Source: Phaeosaccion multiseriatum (taxonomy: Eukaryota > Protista > Ochrophyta, other classes). From it: 64,000 nt of DNA. The DNA lies in contig OZ218958.1 of the NCBI GenBank assembly GCA_965112735.1, positions 1,240,001-1,304,000 on the forward strand, given 5' to 3'. Position numbers and translations under genes: made by a program. The notes beneath the pieces are model-generated. The model was not told the DNA's origin. It saw only the letters and a list, made by a program, of their open reading frames with translations, and searched no databases. Below are positions 1 to 12,416 of this stretch, in pieces (the first letter of the stretch is position 1; every line of letters begins with the position of its first letter).

Positions 1-1089
1 TTCATGACTCAGATGAGCTCAGCACAGCCATTTGCGTAGATGTCAAGCACAGATGTCTAGCACAGCTGTCTAGCACAGTGACAAGAAGTGACACACCAGT
101 AACACACCAGTGACACGGCAGTGCCTCAGGTCCATAGAGCACATGAGATACAATACAAGATCAGGGCCGTGTACGCATTCCTATCCGTGTACATATATAT
201 ATATACATATACAAACATGTTTGTATGTCCCCAACAATACAAGCGGGACCGAGCGACGAAACAAAGGGTCCCGTTCGGCTTCTATAGTAAATCGTACCGT
301 AACAGGGACCCAAACAGAGACGGAGTCATCCTACGTCATCCTACGTCATCATGTGTCATCATGTGTCCCCTCCAACCCCCCACCCCAAAACGAGGGCCAT
401 GAGCGACATCAGCAGCCTGCCTGTACATGCGTACAGTGCTTCCGTGCTCTCTCACTCTCTCACTCTCTCACTCCCCTGGGTATGGCTTGCATCACCTGTC
501 CCTCCCTGCTCTTCGAAACGAAGAGAGCGCGTCTCGAGAATATTCGAACATGTGTGCATGAGCTTTTGCTGCCTTCCTTTCCTTCCTCCCCCCCCCCCCT
601 TGCCCTGCTCTGCTGGCCCGTGCTAGTCCCTTCACAGGGCACCTCCACCTCCACACCTCCTCGAAAAACACCACCACCACCAACAGCACCACTACTACCA
701 TCAACACCAGCACCAGCACCAGCAGTAGCAGCAGCAGCAGTAGCAGCAGCAGCGAGAGAGCAGCAGCAGTAGCAGCAGTAGCAGCAGCAGTAGCAGCAGC
801 AGAGGGAGGAGGAGGACAGTAAACCCGCCGCCGGCCACGTGGGGAGTATCACAGCACAACACAACACAGCGCAGCAGGCAGTCCAGCATCGGAACCACCT
901 GATGTGGACTCTCTCTCTCTCGCACTCATCACCTCACATGGCTTCTCTCTCTCTCCACTCTCTCTATATGTCTCTCTCTCTTCTCTCTCTCTCTCTCCAT
1001 CTCTCATTCTCTCCCTCTCCCTCTCTCTCCCTCTCCCTCGTCTCTCTTTTGTCTCAGTCTCTTTCTGTCCCTTTCTATCTCGGCGCTCC

Positions 1090-2163
1090 TCACGTGTGCT
1101 CGTAGAAGCCTCCCTTGCCAAGCTGCGGAAGGATGCGTCACACACGAGAGGGAGAGGGCAGAGGAGGACAGGGGAGGGTAGGGGATGGCAGTGGATGGCA
1201 GAGGATGGCAGGGGATGGCAGGGGAGGGCAGGGGAGGGCAGGGGATGGCAGGGGATGGCAGGTGGAGGGCAGGGGATGGCAGGGGATGGCAGGGGGATGG
1301 CAGGGGATGGCAGGGGATGGCAGGGGGATGGGAGGGGAGGGCAGGGGGAGGGCAGGGGAAGGGCAGGGGAAGGGCAGGGGGTGGACTGTCAAGGTACACT
1401 TTCTACACACATACACATACACATACACGAACACATCGATCCATTGACATACTACACACACCCATTGACAAAGTCGTACTGCACACACTCGTTCACATGA
1501 CGCACCTTGAAGTCCTGGAGCTTCTTCATCATCTCGTCCTTCTCCCTCAGCACCTCCTTTGTCAGATCCTATTGCCAGGCGAGTAGCACACGGGGGGGGG
1601 GGGGGGGGGGTTGAGTTTCAGCTTCCGTTTGTTAGAGGGATAGATATTTGGTTAAGGTCTCATGGAGTGAGCTGAATGGAACTGTTAGACCCTACCTACA
1701 TACCACAATGCCAAGGATTTAGTCATGGACGCTCCGCTCATCCTTTCCTCTCTCCCCTCTCTCCTCCTCCCTCTCCCTCGCCCTCTCCCTCTCTAATCCT
1801 CCCTGCCTCCCTCTACCCTTCTCTCTCTCTTCCTTCTCCTTCTCCCTTCCGTTTCGCCCCTTCTGTTCCTCCTTCCCTCCCTCCCTCCCTCCTGTCCTGT
1901 CCTTCTCCTCTCTCACTTTGATGGACATCATTCCGACAACGTCACCGGACTCGTCATCCACCACTGGCACTGCAGCGCGACGGGGGGGGAGGGGCACACG
2001 CACACATACATACATACATACATGGATACAGAGAGGGGGGGGGGTGAGAGCGAGTGATAGAAGCGATATATATATACATATACATCTACATAGAGAAAGA
2101 GGGGGAGAAGAGGAGAGAGAGATAAAAATTTAGAGACAACGAGAGCGTGAGACAAGGAGAGAG

Positions 2164-2211
<48 letters not shown>

Positions 2212-3789
2212 ACTGATTGGTATGGTATGCTCCTCCCCAGGCCAGCGACAACGACTTAATGTACTACGAAGTAGTCTGTACTCACAGTGTCTGATGTCCC
2301 TGCCCAACATTTTCTGCATGCAAGTGTGGACGCTGTCAGTTCGTTTGGCCACGACCAGGTTTGTGCCCTGATGAAAGGAGGGAGGGAGGAAGGGAGGGAG
2401 CCAGGGGCATATAGGTTTAAAAGAAAGACATCGGGCAGAGAGAGAGAGAAACAGTGAGAAAGACAGATAGAAAGACAGAGAGAGGTAGAAGAGAGAGAGG
2501 GCGAGATAGAGGGAGAAGAGAGACAGGGAGGGAGAGAGAGGGGGAGAAGAGAGAGAGAGACGGGTATTGCAAAAGGCTATCCTGCAAACCCTCCTTCTGG
2601 TCTACAAACTGAAACTGAACCCCCCCCTAGTCAGTAAGCTAGATGGTGGCATCCATGTACCGGGCTATCTTCATCCTCTTCCCCCTATGTCCTTCTCCTT
2701 CTCCTCCTCCTCCTCCTCCTCCTCCTCCTCCTCCTCCTCCTCCCTCTCCTAATCCTCCCTCTGTTCCTCACCATTGTGGCAATCTCCTTGACTTTCGTGG
2801 TTTGGCTTTGTTTGCCGAGTAACGCCACCTTACACACGTAGTCTCTGTGCAGGGGGATGGCAGTGGGTGGGATGGGAAGCACAGTAGGGGGACGGCAGTG
2901 GAGGGGCGGAGGGTCCAGCTGAGGAGGAGAAGACAAGTACGGAATGCCATGCTGGAGACAGCAACACGACAAGAAGACACACATTGACAGCAGGGTAGGG
3001 CATGCGGCCCATGCATACCTTGCCCCTCTTCACTCCCTCCCTCCCCTCCCCTCCCTCCCCTCCCTCTCTCTGTATCACCAACACACCCACCTCTCGCTGA
3101 TAATGCCAATGAGATTCCCTGTGTTGTCTGTGACCATGAGGGCTCCAATGTTGAAGGCGGCGAAGCGCTGCACCGCCTCGAAGACGGTGGCGTCCTGGTC
3201 TACCTTGAAGTCAATCTAGTCGGACATACAGCAGTTGGTGATACAAGTAGAGTAAGCACCAGTGCTTGGTGATACAGCAGCAGTGGCACAATAGAGAAGA
3301 GAAAGCGGTGCAGGAAAGAGTGGTGTTCGTGCTCACTCCCGCAATCACGCACTCCCTCACTCACTCACCTCCTCCCCCAACCCCTCTCTCCCTCCCTCCC
3401 TCCCTCCCTCCCTCCCCCACCCCTCTGTATCACCAACACACTCACCTCGTAGTAGCACGACTTCTTCAGGGCATCCCTCGCCGTGGATGAAGACGCCAGG
3501 GACATCCCTGGGGTGGAGGCGCTCGTGCTGAGAGGACGGGTCCGGGCTGCGAGGCGTGCATGCAGGCAGTGCAGAGCGGGGAGGAGTGGGGGAGGAGGAG
3601 GAGGAGGAGGAGGAGGTAGTGATGTTGGAGAGTAGGAGAGGTGATGAGGGTTCCGCTTTCAGAGTAGAATGCGTCACGTACTTTACGTATGGACCACTTG
3701 TGCACAACATGTTGTATTCCTACCAGCCCCTTCTCACGTCACCTTCAAGAAAACATCCTACGGCTGCAGCTACCACTAGTTCTCTCCCT

Positions 3790-3822
<33 letters not shown>

Positions 3823-4143
3823 CTCCCTACATCAGCAGCGTATTGCACAGCAGTACCTGCGGCGCCAATGGCCTCTCCCTGTGTGGCTGCTGGTGCTGAT
3901 GCTGCTGCTGTTGGCCTTGCTGAGCGAAGACAACCATGCCTCGCCACCGTCGCACACGACCGCCTGTGCGTGTGGAGAGCGAGGGAGAGCAGCAGCAGGT
4001 GGTCGAGAGGGGAATGGAGGAAAGGGAGTAAGCATGGACGTGAGGTGGTGCGAGTGGAGTGGCAGTAGCAGAAAGGGGGGGGGGGGGGACCAAGAGATTG
4101 GCAAAGTGGAATTGAGAAGGACCAGACAAGCGAAGGAAAGCAT
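1090..4143 (-). CDS. CBS-domain (Bateman module) protein, CBSX3-like; 8+ exons; 5' start uncertain
   Basis: Hand-spliced exons 3857-3963, 3446-3527, 3091-3215, 2772-2844, 2286-2367, 1917-1969, 1506-1568, 1090-1122, all GT-AG and phase-compatible. They give ...IDFKVDQDATVFEAVQRFAAFNIGALMVTDNTGNLIGIISERDYVCKVALLGKQSQTTKVKEIATMGTNLVVAKRTDSVHTCMQKMLGRDIRHLPVVDDESGDVVGMMSIKDLTKEVL...LGKGGFYEHT*, i.e. two CBS motifs (GIISERDY; IRHLPVVD..GMMSIKD). Nearest in-frame ATGs upstream are 4035 and 4143. Confidence 0.85.
1180..1380. repeat. GGGGATGGCA / GGGGAGGGCA minisatellite in last intron of the CBS gene
   Basis: Tandem 10-11 nt units visible directly. Confidence 0.9.
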
Positions 4144-4859
4144 GCCAGCCCTTCCATGAGTGAGTTTTTACCTCCCTGGGAAGCGGGGGTGGGTGGGGAG
4201 GTAGGCTGTCGGGTTCTAGCGAGAGCGTGAAGATCTCATTTCAATGAACAAACCCCTCGACCCTTCATGGTTTCATCTCGAAAGGAATTGCCCCCTCGAT
4301 CTAGTCGCACCAGGGCTTCGGCTCAGACTGCTCTCAGTCATTCGCCAAGCTCTCCTAGGCCCCAATGATCCTCCCTGGCTACTGCTAATGCTCTGTTGAT
4401 CGCATTGCTCTGTTGATGAGGAGAGGTTTTATGATTGCATTCTCCCCTTCAAATTCCACGATACTCCCTTCAAACGGCCCAGCCCTTCGCTTCTGTCTCT
4501 CACCTCACGGTAGCGAACATCGTCCAAACGCGTTATAGTTTGTAGAGCGACGTCTTGCTGTCTCGGCGTCTTATACAAGGTTGAAAACAAGAATGGGGTG
4601 CATCAACTTAAAGTCATATTCACAGTCCACGTGTTGCCCTGATTGAAGGAGGGGGGTTTCTCCCTTCCCCTCTCTTCCTCTCTCTCTCTGTGTGTGTGTG
4701 TCTGTCTGCCTGTCTGGCTCTCTCTCTGTATGTGCATATTACTCTATTATAACTATGTTTGTGATCATTCCTCGCACGAGCCCAGCTCCCCAAAAGTGTA
4801 TAGGAAACAAGCGCTCACTCCAACAGCAGCACAGCAGCCCCCCGCCAGCCACGAGGCAG

Positions 4860-7811
4860 CTAAGAGTCATCTTGTTCGATCCACGGACTGAGCCGGAGCC
4901 GAAGCCCACCAGACGGCAGCACCGTAAATCCTGCCGCCATCTCCTTCTTCTGCCCCCCCCCTGCCCCTCCCTCCCCATCGCCCTCACCATCCCCATCACC
5001 ATCACCGTCGTTGTCGTCACAGAGCCGCACATCGAAGCTGCGAATCAGTCGTGCCAGGAGTACACGTAGGGAGACAGCCGCAAAGGGCTGGCCCAGGCAG
5101 CTGCGGGGCCCCAAAGCGAAGGGGAGGAAAGCCCCACCTCGTATCCCTGCGTCCTCCTCCTCCTCCTCCTCCTCCTCCTCCTCCTCCTCCTCCTCCTCCT
5201 CCTCCTCCTGCTGCTGCTGCTGCTGCTTCTCCTCCACCACCACTCTTGCTCCCTCATGAGGACTCTCCTTGAGACCGACTGCGGCGCTGCTCCCACTCAC
5301 CCTCCAGCTGCTACTACTACTGCTGCGACTGCTGCTACCACCACCACCGCTGCTCGAATCCCTCTGCCTTCGATTGGCATTGGCCGTCATCCATCGCTCC
5401 GGTCGGAAGGCTTCCGGGTCCTTCCAGTAGCGCGGGTGGTGGTGCAGGGCATAAATCCACACACAAGCGAACGCCCCCTTGGGCAGCAGCACTGGCGGTA
5501 GTAGCTCCGGCTGCGGAGAGGATGATGATGAGGAGGAGGAGGAGGAGGGGCAGTCGCCACCCTCGCCCCCCCTCCCACTGTTCTCACCCTTGCCGCCTCC
5601 TTCCTGCCCCCCGCTGCTGAAGTCGCGATGACCCCCGCCAGCAGCTCCCCTGCCACCCCTCTTGACGAAAACGTCCTTCTCGAGCTTGCGCACCACAAAG
5701 GGGGCAACAGGGAAGAGCCGCTGTGCCTCCTTAATCACGGCATCCACCAGAGGCATGTCCGACAAATGCCTCTGCAGCACAGGGCCATACTTCCTGCACC
5801 CTCCTTCCCCTCCTCCTCCTCCTCCTCCTCCTCCTCCTCCTCCTCCTCTTCCTCCTCCTCCTCCTCCTCCTCCTCCTCCTCCTCCTCCTCCTCCTCCTCC
5901 TTCTCCTCCTCCTCCCTCCGCCTCGACGGTGACACGCCCAATCTCGCTCCTCAGCGCCAGCAGGACCCCCCGATGGCGCTTCTGCCCCAGCAGGTAGAGC
6001 GTCCAGCTAAGAGTCGCCGCAGAGGTGTCCTGCCCGGCAAAGAGCAAGGTCACGCTCTCATCCAGCATGGCAGTATTCCCCCGTTGTTGGTGGGGGCAGG
6101 AGGAGGAGGAGGAGGAGGAGGAGGAGGAGGAGGAGGAGGAGGAGGAGGAGGAGGCCACACCCTCACCCCCACTACTCCTACTCGTGTGACTCTCCCTCCT
6201 CAGCAGCTCTGCAAAGGGTGTCGACGGCTGCCGCTGGCCCTCGTCTCCCCCTTGCCGCAGCTTCGTCGCACTTCCACTGCCTCCTCTCTCCTCGCCCCCC
6301 TCGGTATCCTCAAGGTCATTCTCGCCTCTTCCACATGTACTTGCCCGCGTCGCTCTCGCGGTCTTCATCGTCCCCCGATGTCCTCCCCAAGGGGTGGAGG
6401 GCAGAGGAGCAGGTGCGTACTCTCTGGTGGCCTCAATGGTGAGCTGCGCAAACCTCCGAATGGGCTTCATGGCATCCTGCTCCTTGCTGGATAGACTCGA
6501 AAGGCCTCTGTACAGCCAGCCCCAAAGGAACATCCATACGCTGCGTGACTTGGCAAGCACCACCATTCGAATGTCCGTAACGGCGGACAGATAGGAGGGC
6601 ATGAGCGCCGCTTGCTCCTCGGATTCGCGCACCTGCGCACCCGTGAGGAAGCGGTGCACAATCTCCAGCGTATGGCACTGCAATAGCCGCACGGCGTCCA
6701 CGTCTACTCCTCCCTCCCCCTCCACTCTCTCTTGCTCCTCTCTCCTCTCGCCCCCTCGCTGCTGCTCCTCCCACTGATACAGGCCCTCCTCACCACCTTC
6801 CTCCTTCGCCGCCGACTCCTGCCGTCTTCTTCGCCTCCTCCCCGCTCGCGGACTCCTTTGTGTGCTCTCATTCACTCCTCCTCCTCCTGCTCCTGCTCCT
6901 GTTTCCCCCGTTCCGCGCCTCGCCGCCCTTGCCCGCCTCGCCACCTCCTCCTCCAGACGGTCCGCCTCGTCGTTCACAAGTCGGTCTAGCCCTTCCAGGC
7001 GACCGCCCTTGAACAGCGCGTGATTCACGGACTTCCTCTTCCGTTGCCACTCAACGCCATCCGCGGTAAACACGCCGTGCCCGCAGAACTCCCGAAAGTG
7101 GTTGTAGGCCGGGCTCTTGGTGGACACGCCCAAGACAGCGGCCGCGGCAGCAGGGTCGGCTACATGCAACACAGGCTGTGACCCGTACACGGTACCGTAC
7201 ATGCCCCGCGGCCCTCCCAGCTTGTGCATGCGAGGCAACACGCGTCGCAGGCTCCCTCCTCGCTGCTTGGTGGGGTCGAGGGCCGAGAACTTAGGCCGCC
7301 AGAGCACGACGGGTACTCCTGCCCTCCAGCGGAGAATGTACCATGCCCTCACGGCTTGCCCCACAAAGAGGAGGACCAAGAGGCCAAGCAAGACAAGGCC
7401 GAGCACGAGGCTGGTCTTGGCCACTGCCCACCCCTGTTGCCCCTGCCCTTGCGCATCGCGGCTGCAGGCACGGGCGAGGGTCGAGAGAAGACCTCCTTGC
7501 ACCGCACAGCCTCCTCCTGCTCCTCCTCCTCCTGCTGTTCCTGCTGCTGCTGCTGTCATGCCGTCTACAAGGCTCACATTGCCTCCAAAGAGGAGCGTTT
7601 TGGGTGTGGATTCATGGTCTGCACATGCGCCCGCAGAGTCCCCAAGCGGCGACAGCGCATCTGCCACCCACTCCAACACACCACGGTAGCAACCATTCAT
7701 AGAGCGACCCCTTGTGCGAGCTGTGGTTGCCGTGACTCGAGAGCATGTGAAAATTAAAGTCATCGAGTCCTGACACCACCCAGTGCAACCACGATTTTCT
7801 TTCTCTTTCAT
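4860..7811 (-). CDS. Cytochrome P450 (membrane-anchored), single long ORF with low-complexity insertions
   Basis: TM segment LVLGLVLLGLLVLLFVG, C-helix WQRKR, I-helix LLFAGQDTSA, K-helix EAQR (ExxR), PERW, heme motif FALGPRSCLG (FxxGxRxCxG). The true start may be a downstream ATG (7700 or 7560). Confidence 0.93.
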   Translation of the reverse strand: MKEKENRGCTGWCQDSMTLIFTCSRVTATTARTRGRSMNGCYRGVLEWVADALSPLGDSAGACADHESTPKTLLFGGNVSLVDGMTAAAAGTAGGGGAGGGCAVQGGLLSTLARACSRDAQGQGQQGWAVAKTSLVLGLVLLGLLVLLFVGQAVRAWYILRWRAGVPVVLWRPKFSALDPTKQRGGSLRRVLPRMHKLGGPRGMYGTVYGSQPVLHVADPAAAAAVLGVSTKSPAYNHFREFCGHGVFTADGVEWQRKRKSVNHALFKGGRLEGLDRLVNDEADRLEEEVARRARAARRGTGETGAGAGGGGVNESTQRSPRAGRRRRRRQESAAKEEGGEEGLYQWEEQQRGGERREEQERVEGEGGVDVDAVRLLQCHTLEIVHRFLTGAQVRESEEQAALMPSYLSAVTDIRMVVLAKSRSVWMFLWGWLYRGLSSLSSKEQDAMKPIRRFAQLTIEATREYAPAPLPSTPWGGHRGTMKTARATRASTCGRGENDLEDTEGGEERGGSGSATKLRQGGDEGQRQPSTPFAELLRRESHTSRSSGGEGVASSSSSSSSSSSSSSSSSSCPHQQRGNTAMLDESVTLLFAGQDTSAATLSWTLYLLGQKRHRGVLLALRSEIGRVTVEAEGGGGEGGGGGGGGGGGGGGGGGRGGGGGGGGGGGGGEGGCRKYGPVLQRHLSDMPLVDAVIKEAQRLFPVAPFVVRKLEKDVFVKRGGRGAAGGGHRDFSSGGQEGGGKGENSGRGGEGGDCPSSSSSSSSSSPQPELLPPVLLPKGAFACVWIYALHHHPRYWKDPEAFRPERWMTANANRRQRDSSSGGGGSSSRSSSSSSWRVSGSSAAVGLKESPHEGARVVVEEKQQQQQQEEEEEEEEEEEEEEEEEEDAGIRGGAFLPFALGPRSCLGQPFAAVSLRVLLARLIRSFDVRLCDDNDGDGDGDGEGDGEGGAGGGQKKEMAAGFTVLPSGGLRLRLSPWIEQDDS

Positions 7812-8813
7812 CGGCCAACTTTCAGCACTCCCCTTTTTCCTAGAGTAGTTTTACCCGATGTAAGATTACGTGGTGTGACCTTGATGGCCTTGCCCATCCA
7901 TCCAGCCCATCCACCCACTGCGAGACACTGTTCAACAAAGGAAGGGATGGGTGGACCTCTGGGATGGATGAAGGATGAGGGGATTCGATGCAAAAAGAAG
8001 GAGGAGGTTCAGAGGAGTCGAGGGATCGTGTGCCACCCAAGTCAAGAGGGGAAGGACAGCGAGGGGACGGACAGCGAGGGGACGGACAGGTTGTGGGGCG
8101 GCCAATTGTCTCGGGGGCTCATTGGCTCGAGCTCAGCAGAGAGGCACTGATTGATTCCAACCCTCACTCTTTCATCAAGAGGCAGAAGCAAGCCACGTAG
8201 GGGCAAGATCAGGACGAAGAACCCTGGTACTCTGGAAGAATTACTGTTTTGACATTCTTGAAGAGTTTTGTGGCCGGGCCCCACCACTCCCCTCTCGGCC
8301 GTGATGATAACATTATGTCTGCGTGTATGCCTGGAGGCGTACGTCGCCCTTCATGTACAAGTCAGAATCACTCGCTCGCTCCCTCGCTAGACCAAGCCAA
8401 CAGCAAGGGTCCCTCTCTCGTTTGCCTCAACTGGTCACACGGTGTGTGTCAAGGAGAGACGCAGCAGTTCAGAGGGGCAGGTATTCCCACGGATCCGGGT
8501 GCGCTGCGCACAGTCGTTTGTCTAAGCTACGCCCTTTCGCACTTCCCCAACAGTAGTACATAAACGACACTCCGCGCGCTTATTGTTCTGCCCGAACCAA
8601 TCAGCCTGGAAGGGGTGGCAGGGGGGCTGTGGGGTGTTCACGTCGGCCCCACAGACGGTCATCAGTCTATGGGGAGAGCCCATTCATCCACCTGGCCATA
8701 AGTCGCCTCGCCCGCCGTGCTGCACCTCTTCCTCCTCAACACGCCCACCCTGCACACCCTGCTGCCCGTGCTCCACGCTGGCAAGAGAATGAAATACACA
8801 ACGCTTCCCCAGC

Positions 8814-9356
8814 TCATTTGAAGAACACCCAGTCCCTCCTTCTGCTATTCTTCTTCTGCTTGCGTAGCTTGTCTTGGTACCTTCCAGACAGGTCCTTGGT
8901 CTCCTTCCCCTCCTTGAACAGACCATTGTTGAGAAACACGTCGTGGGACCCGGGCTTGGAGGCTGGTGCTGCGCCATCCACCTCCATCTCCTCCTCCTCC
9001 CCCTGCTTCTCCTCCTCGCTCTCCTCCCCCTCCTCCTCCTCCTCCTCCTCCTCAGACTCCTCCTCCGCTGGTTGCTGCACCAGAATCTGCTTCCTGAACT
9101 CGTTCTCGCCCACTTCGTTGGGGTTCGCGAACGCGAACTTCCACTTGGGGGCCTCCTTCACCACCGGGTTGGTCCGGCGCGACCGCCGCAGAAGCTTCTG
9201 GAGTTTCTCTGCCTGCGGTCCCGAGCGGAACTTGGCCGATTTGGACATAACGGCCAGCGCCTTGGCCTCCAGCTTGCGGGCGTGCGGGGCGCCCACCGTC
9301 TTTCGCAGCTCAGTCCTCGCTCGCTTCTTGCACTTGGCTCTAATACTCTTGGCCAT
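8814..9356 (-). CDS. LLP-homolog (LLPH/LAPS18-like) small basic nucleolar protein
   Basis: N-terminus MAKSIRAKCKKRARTELRK resembles the family start MAKSxRSKxKRxxRxxxR. Acidic middle and Lys/Arg-rich C-terminus. Single-exon 180-aa ORF. Confidence 0.7.
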   Translation of the reverse strand: MAKSIRAKCKKRARTELRKTVGAPHARKLEAKALAVMSKSAKFRSGPQAEKLQKLLRRSRRTNPVVKEAPKWKFAFANPNEVGENEFRKQILVQQPAEEESEEEEEEEEGEESEEEKQGEEEEMEVDGAAPASKPGSHDVFLNNGLFKEGKETKDLSGRYQDKLRKQKKNSRRRDWVFFK

Positions 9357-10257
9357 GTTTGCCGCGAGGAACCCTCTGCCCTGGTCCCGGTGTCCCTGCG
9401 TTCACTCTTCTCTCTGCCCGTTCCTCACGTTGCAACAGTAGCAGCAAGAAGAGCACAGCACAGCACTTTGACCAGGAGAAGAAATGTGGGTAAAAAATCG
9501 AGGCCGCAGAAAAATGGACTTCCGAGCCGGGATTCTTGTGTATTTTCCTCTTTTCTTACCACCCCCCTCCTCCCCGCCCTCCTCTTCCTGTTTCCCAATA
9601 GCCTCACTTTTCCAACTTTCTAGTAAGCGCCACCTTCTTCATTAAATTAATTAATTCAGTAGGACCCGCAAGAAACTTCCATCTAAATAAAATAAAACGC
9701 CCGCCTGCCCGCCTCCTCCCTCTCATCTGTGTATCCCCCCCACAGATCGCAAGGTAGCGCCCCCCTACTCCTCCTCTTCCACCTCTCTATCTTCCACCCC
9801 TCTTCTTGCTGTCTCTCTTCCACCCCTCTTCTTGCTCTCTCTCTCTCCCGCCCCTCTTCCTGCCCTCTCTCTTCCACCCCTCTTCATGCTCTCTCTCTCT
9901 CTCTTCCACCCCTCTTCTTGCTCTCTCTCTCTCCCGCCCCTCTTCCCCTCCAGGACTCAAATCTGCTCCGGTGGTCCGATGCAGAAAAAAAAGTCCTCCC
10001 TCTCAGCGCCGGTCATGATGGACAGAGCACTGACTGACTCACTCGCTCACTCACCACTCTTCACTCCCTCACTCACTCACTCTTGCATGAAAGCAAAAGC
10101 AAGGCAGTCAACGCCTCAATATCTCCTTTGCCACTTCGTTCCGCTCGCCAGAGGCCCGAAAGCCCGCCCGCGAGCCCACCCCTCCACCTCCTCCTCCTCC
10201 TCTTCCTCCTCCTCCTCCTCCTCCTCCTCCACGTCTTCCTGCCCCCGCTCCTGCTCC

Positions 10258-12372
10258 TCACAGCAGCAAAGTGGCGCACTGATTCTCCATCAAATCCGCA
10301 AGGTCCTTGAGGAACATTGCAGCATCGGCTCCGTAAATGTGCCGATGGTCACTGGTGATGGTCACCGTCATCTCCTTCACCACGCCAAACGACCCGTCCT
10401 CCTTCACCGCCACCGTAGGCAAAGAGCCGCCAATGGCCAGGATGGTGCCCTGGCCGGGGGGCAAGATGGCAGCAAACTCCGACACCCCAAACATACCCAA
10501 GTTGGTGATGGTAAAGGTCCCGCTCTGGAACTCGTCAGCCGTCAGAGTCTTGGCCTTGGCCTTCCCGACAAGCTCTCTCCAGCGGGCACTGAGGCTGAGG
10601 AGACTGAGCTCGTTGGCGTTCTTGAGGGTGGGAGTGATGAGTCCTCCCTCAATAGCCACCGCCATGGCCACGTTGATGTCCTTTTGATAGATGGTCTGCC
10701 CCGGGGCGTACTTGGCATTCATGATGGGGTGGGCTTCAAGCACAAGCGCGCAGGCCTTGGCAAGCATCGCCGAAACCGTCACTCCCTTGGGCTTGAGCTG
10801 GCGGTACAAGTCATCGAAAGAGTCGGTGCGGATCTTGCGACTGACTCGGAAGATGGGTACATCAAGCGTAGCCTCCATGTTCTTTGCCACCGCCTTCTTC
10901 ATGCCGTCCATCGCCTCGGGCCCGTCCGGCAGCACCGGAATCTCTCTCCCGGTACCGGTGGCCTCCGCGGTTGACGCACCAGCTGCTGATCCAGCCGGAG
11001 GAGCCATACCCAGGTGGGCTTTGACGTCATCCTCCGTCACCCTGCCAAAGTTACCCGTTCCCGTAACCGTCTTGAGGTCAACCTTCTTGGACTTGGCGAG
11101 GGCTCGAGCACGAGGGGTGGCAGCAATCACACCCGGAGCGGGAGTCCACACAGGAGCCGAGCGAGGGGCACCACCGCTGGCAGCGGCTTCCACGTCCCTC
11201 GCACTGATACGTCCCCCCTCGTCGGTACCAGTGATGGTGCGGAGGTCGATGCCGAGTTGTTCGGAGAGTGATTTGGCGTATCCGGAGGCGACGATTCGAC
11301 CCGTGTTGACGATCGCGGGCGGGGCTGGCGCGGCGGCAGCGGGAGGGGCAGCAGGAGCAGCCGCGGGAGGGGCCACAGCAGCAGCAGGGGCAGCAGCGGC
11401 AGGGGCAGCAGGCGCAGCGGCACCTCCTCCTCCTCCTCCTCCTCCTCCTAAGGTGCTTGCGTACTCCTCAATGGCAGGGATGTCCGCCTCTGTCGTGGCA
11501 AGGAGACCGATGGGTGCTCCTACTGCGCACGAATCTCCGGCCTCGGTAACAATGGCGGCCAGGAAACCTTCCTCAAAAGACTCCACATCCATGTCCGCCT
11601 TGTCGGACTCCACCACCAGCACGGCGTCCCCTGCCTCCACCTTGTCTCCCTTCTCCTTGAGCCACTCCACCACCTTGCCTTCCGTCATGGTAGACGAGAG
11701 CGCGGGCATGGAAATTTCCTTAATCTCGCAGTCAGGCTTGGCCGCTGCTGCGCCTCCTCCTCCTCCTCCGGTGGCGGCGGCGGCCGGCGCGTCTGCTGCA
11801 GCAGCAGCAATGGTTTTGAGATGGTGGTGATGTTTTTTGAAAAGGATGGAGCGCGCATGCAGGAAGGGGACAGGAGGCATATGGGGGTCATTCATGTAAG
11901 GAGCTGAAATGGAGCTATTCGTAGTCTTGAGCGTGTGTGTTTTCTCTCTCTCTCCCTGTGCTTCTTCTCTTCTCGCCTCCACCCTTCGACCCCCTTCCCC
12001 TCTACTGAGCAGCACTTCCCCCCCCTCCCTCCCTCCCTCCCTTAACTCTCTCTCTCTCTCCCCCTTCACTTACTCACCCACAGGTGCAGGCGCGGCTACT
12101 GCTCCTCCTCCGCCCGCATCGTCTCCGACGTTAGCGATGTCCGCCTCCTCCTTGACGAGGAGGGCACAGGCACTGCCCACGGAGGTCGTCTCTCCCTCCT
12201 CCACCAAGATCTTGGCCAAGTAGCCCTCCTCAAAGATCTCCACGTCCATGTCAGCCTTGTCGGACTCTACCACCATCACGGCCTCTCCCGCCTCCACCTT
12301 GTCTCCCACCTGTTAGCAGTTGGTGATACAACGGCAGTAGCAGTGGTAGTTTGCAGTAGCAGCAGCAGTTGC

Positions 12373-12416
<44 letters not shown>

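Noticed and set aside
110-925. Several overlapping ORFs at the window start (e.g. 110-772 +, 460-867 -)
   Set aside because: Driven by CAG/CAC/CT repeats with no recognisable domain. Could be UTR or the start of an off-window gene, but cannot be supported.
7840-8800. Short ORFs between the P450 and LLP-like genes
   Set aside because: No motif, no consistent splice chain. Treated as intergenic or UTR.
10337-11830. Long plus-strand ORFs (116 and 379 aa; also 9832-10974)
   Set aside because: Antisense to the PDH E2 coding exon, as expected from GC-rich codon bias.
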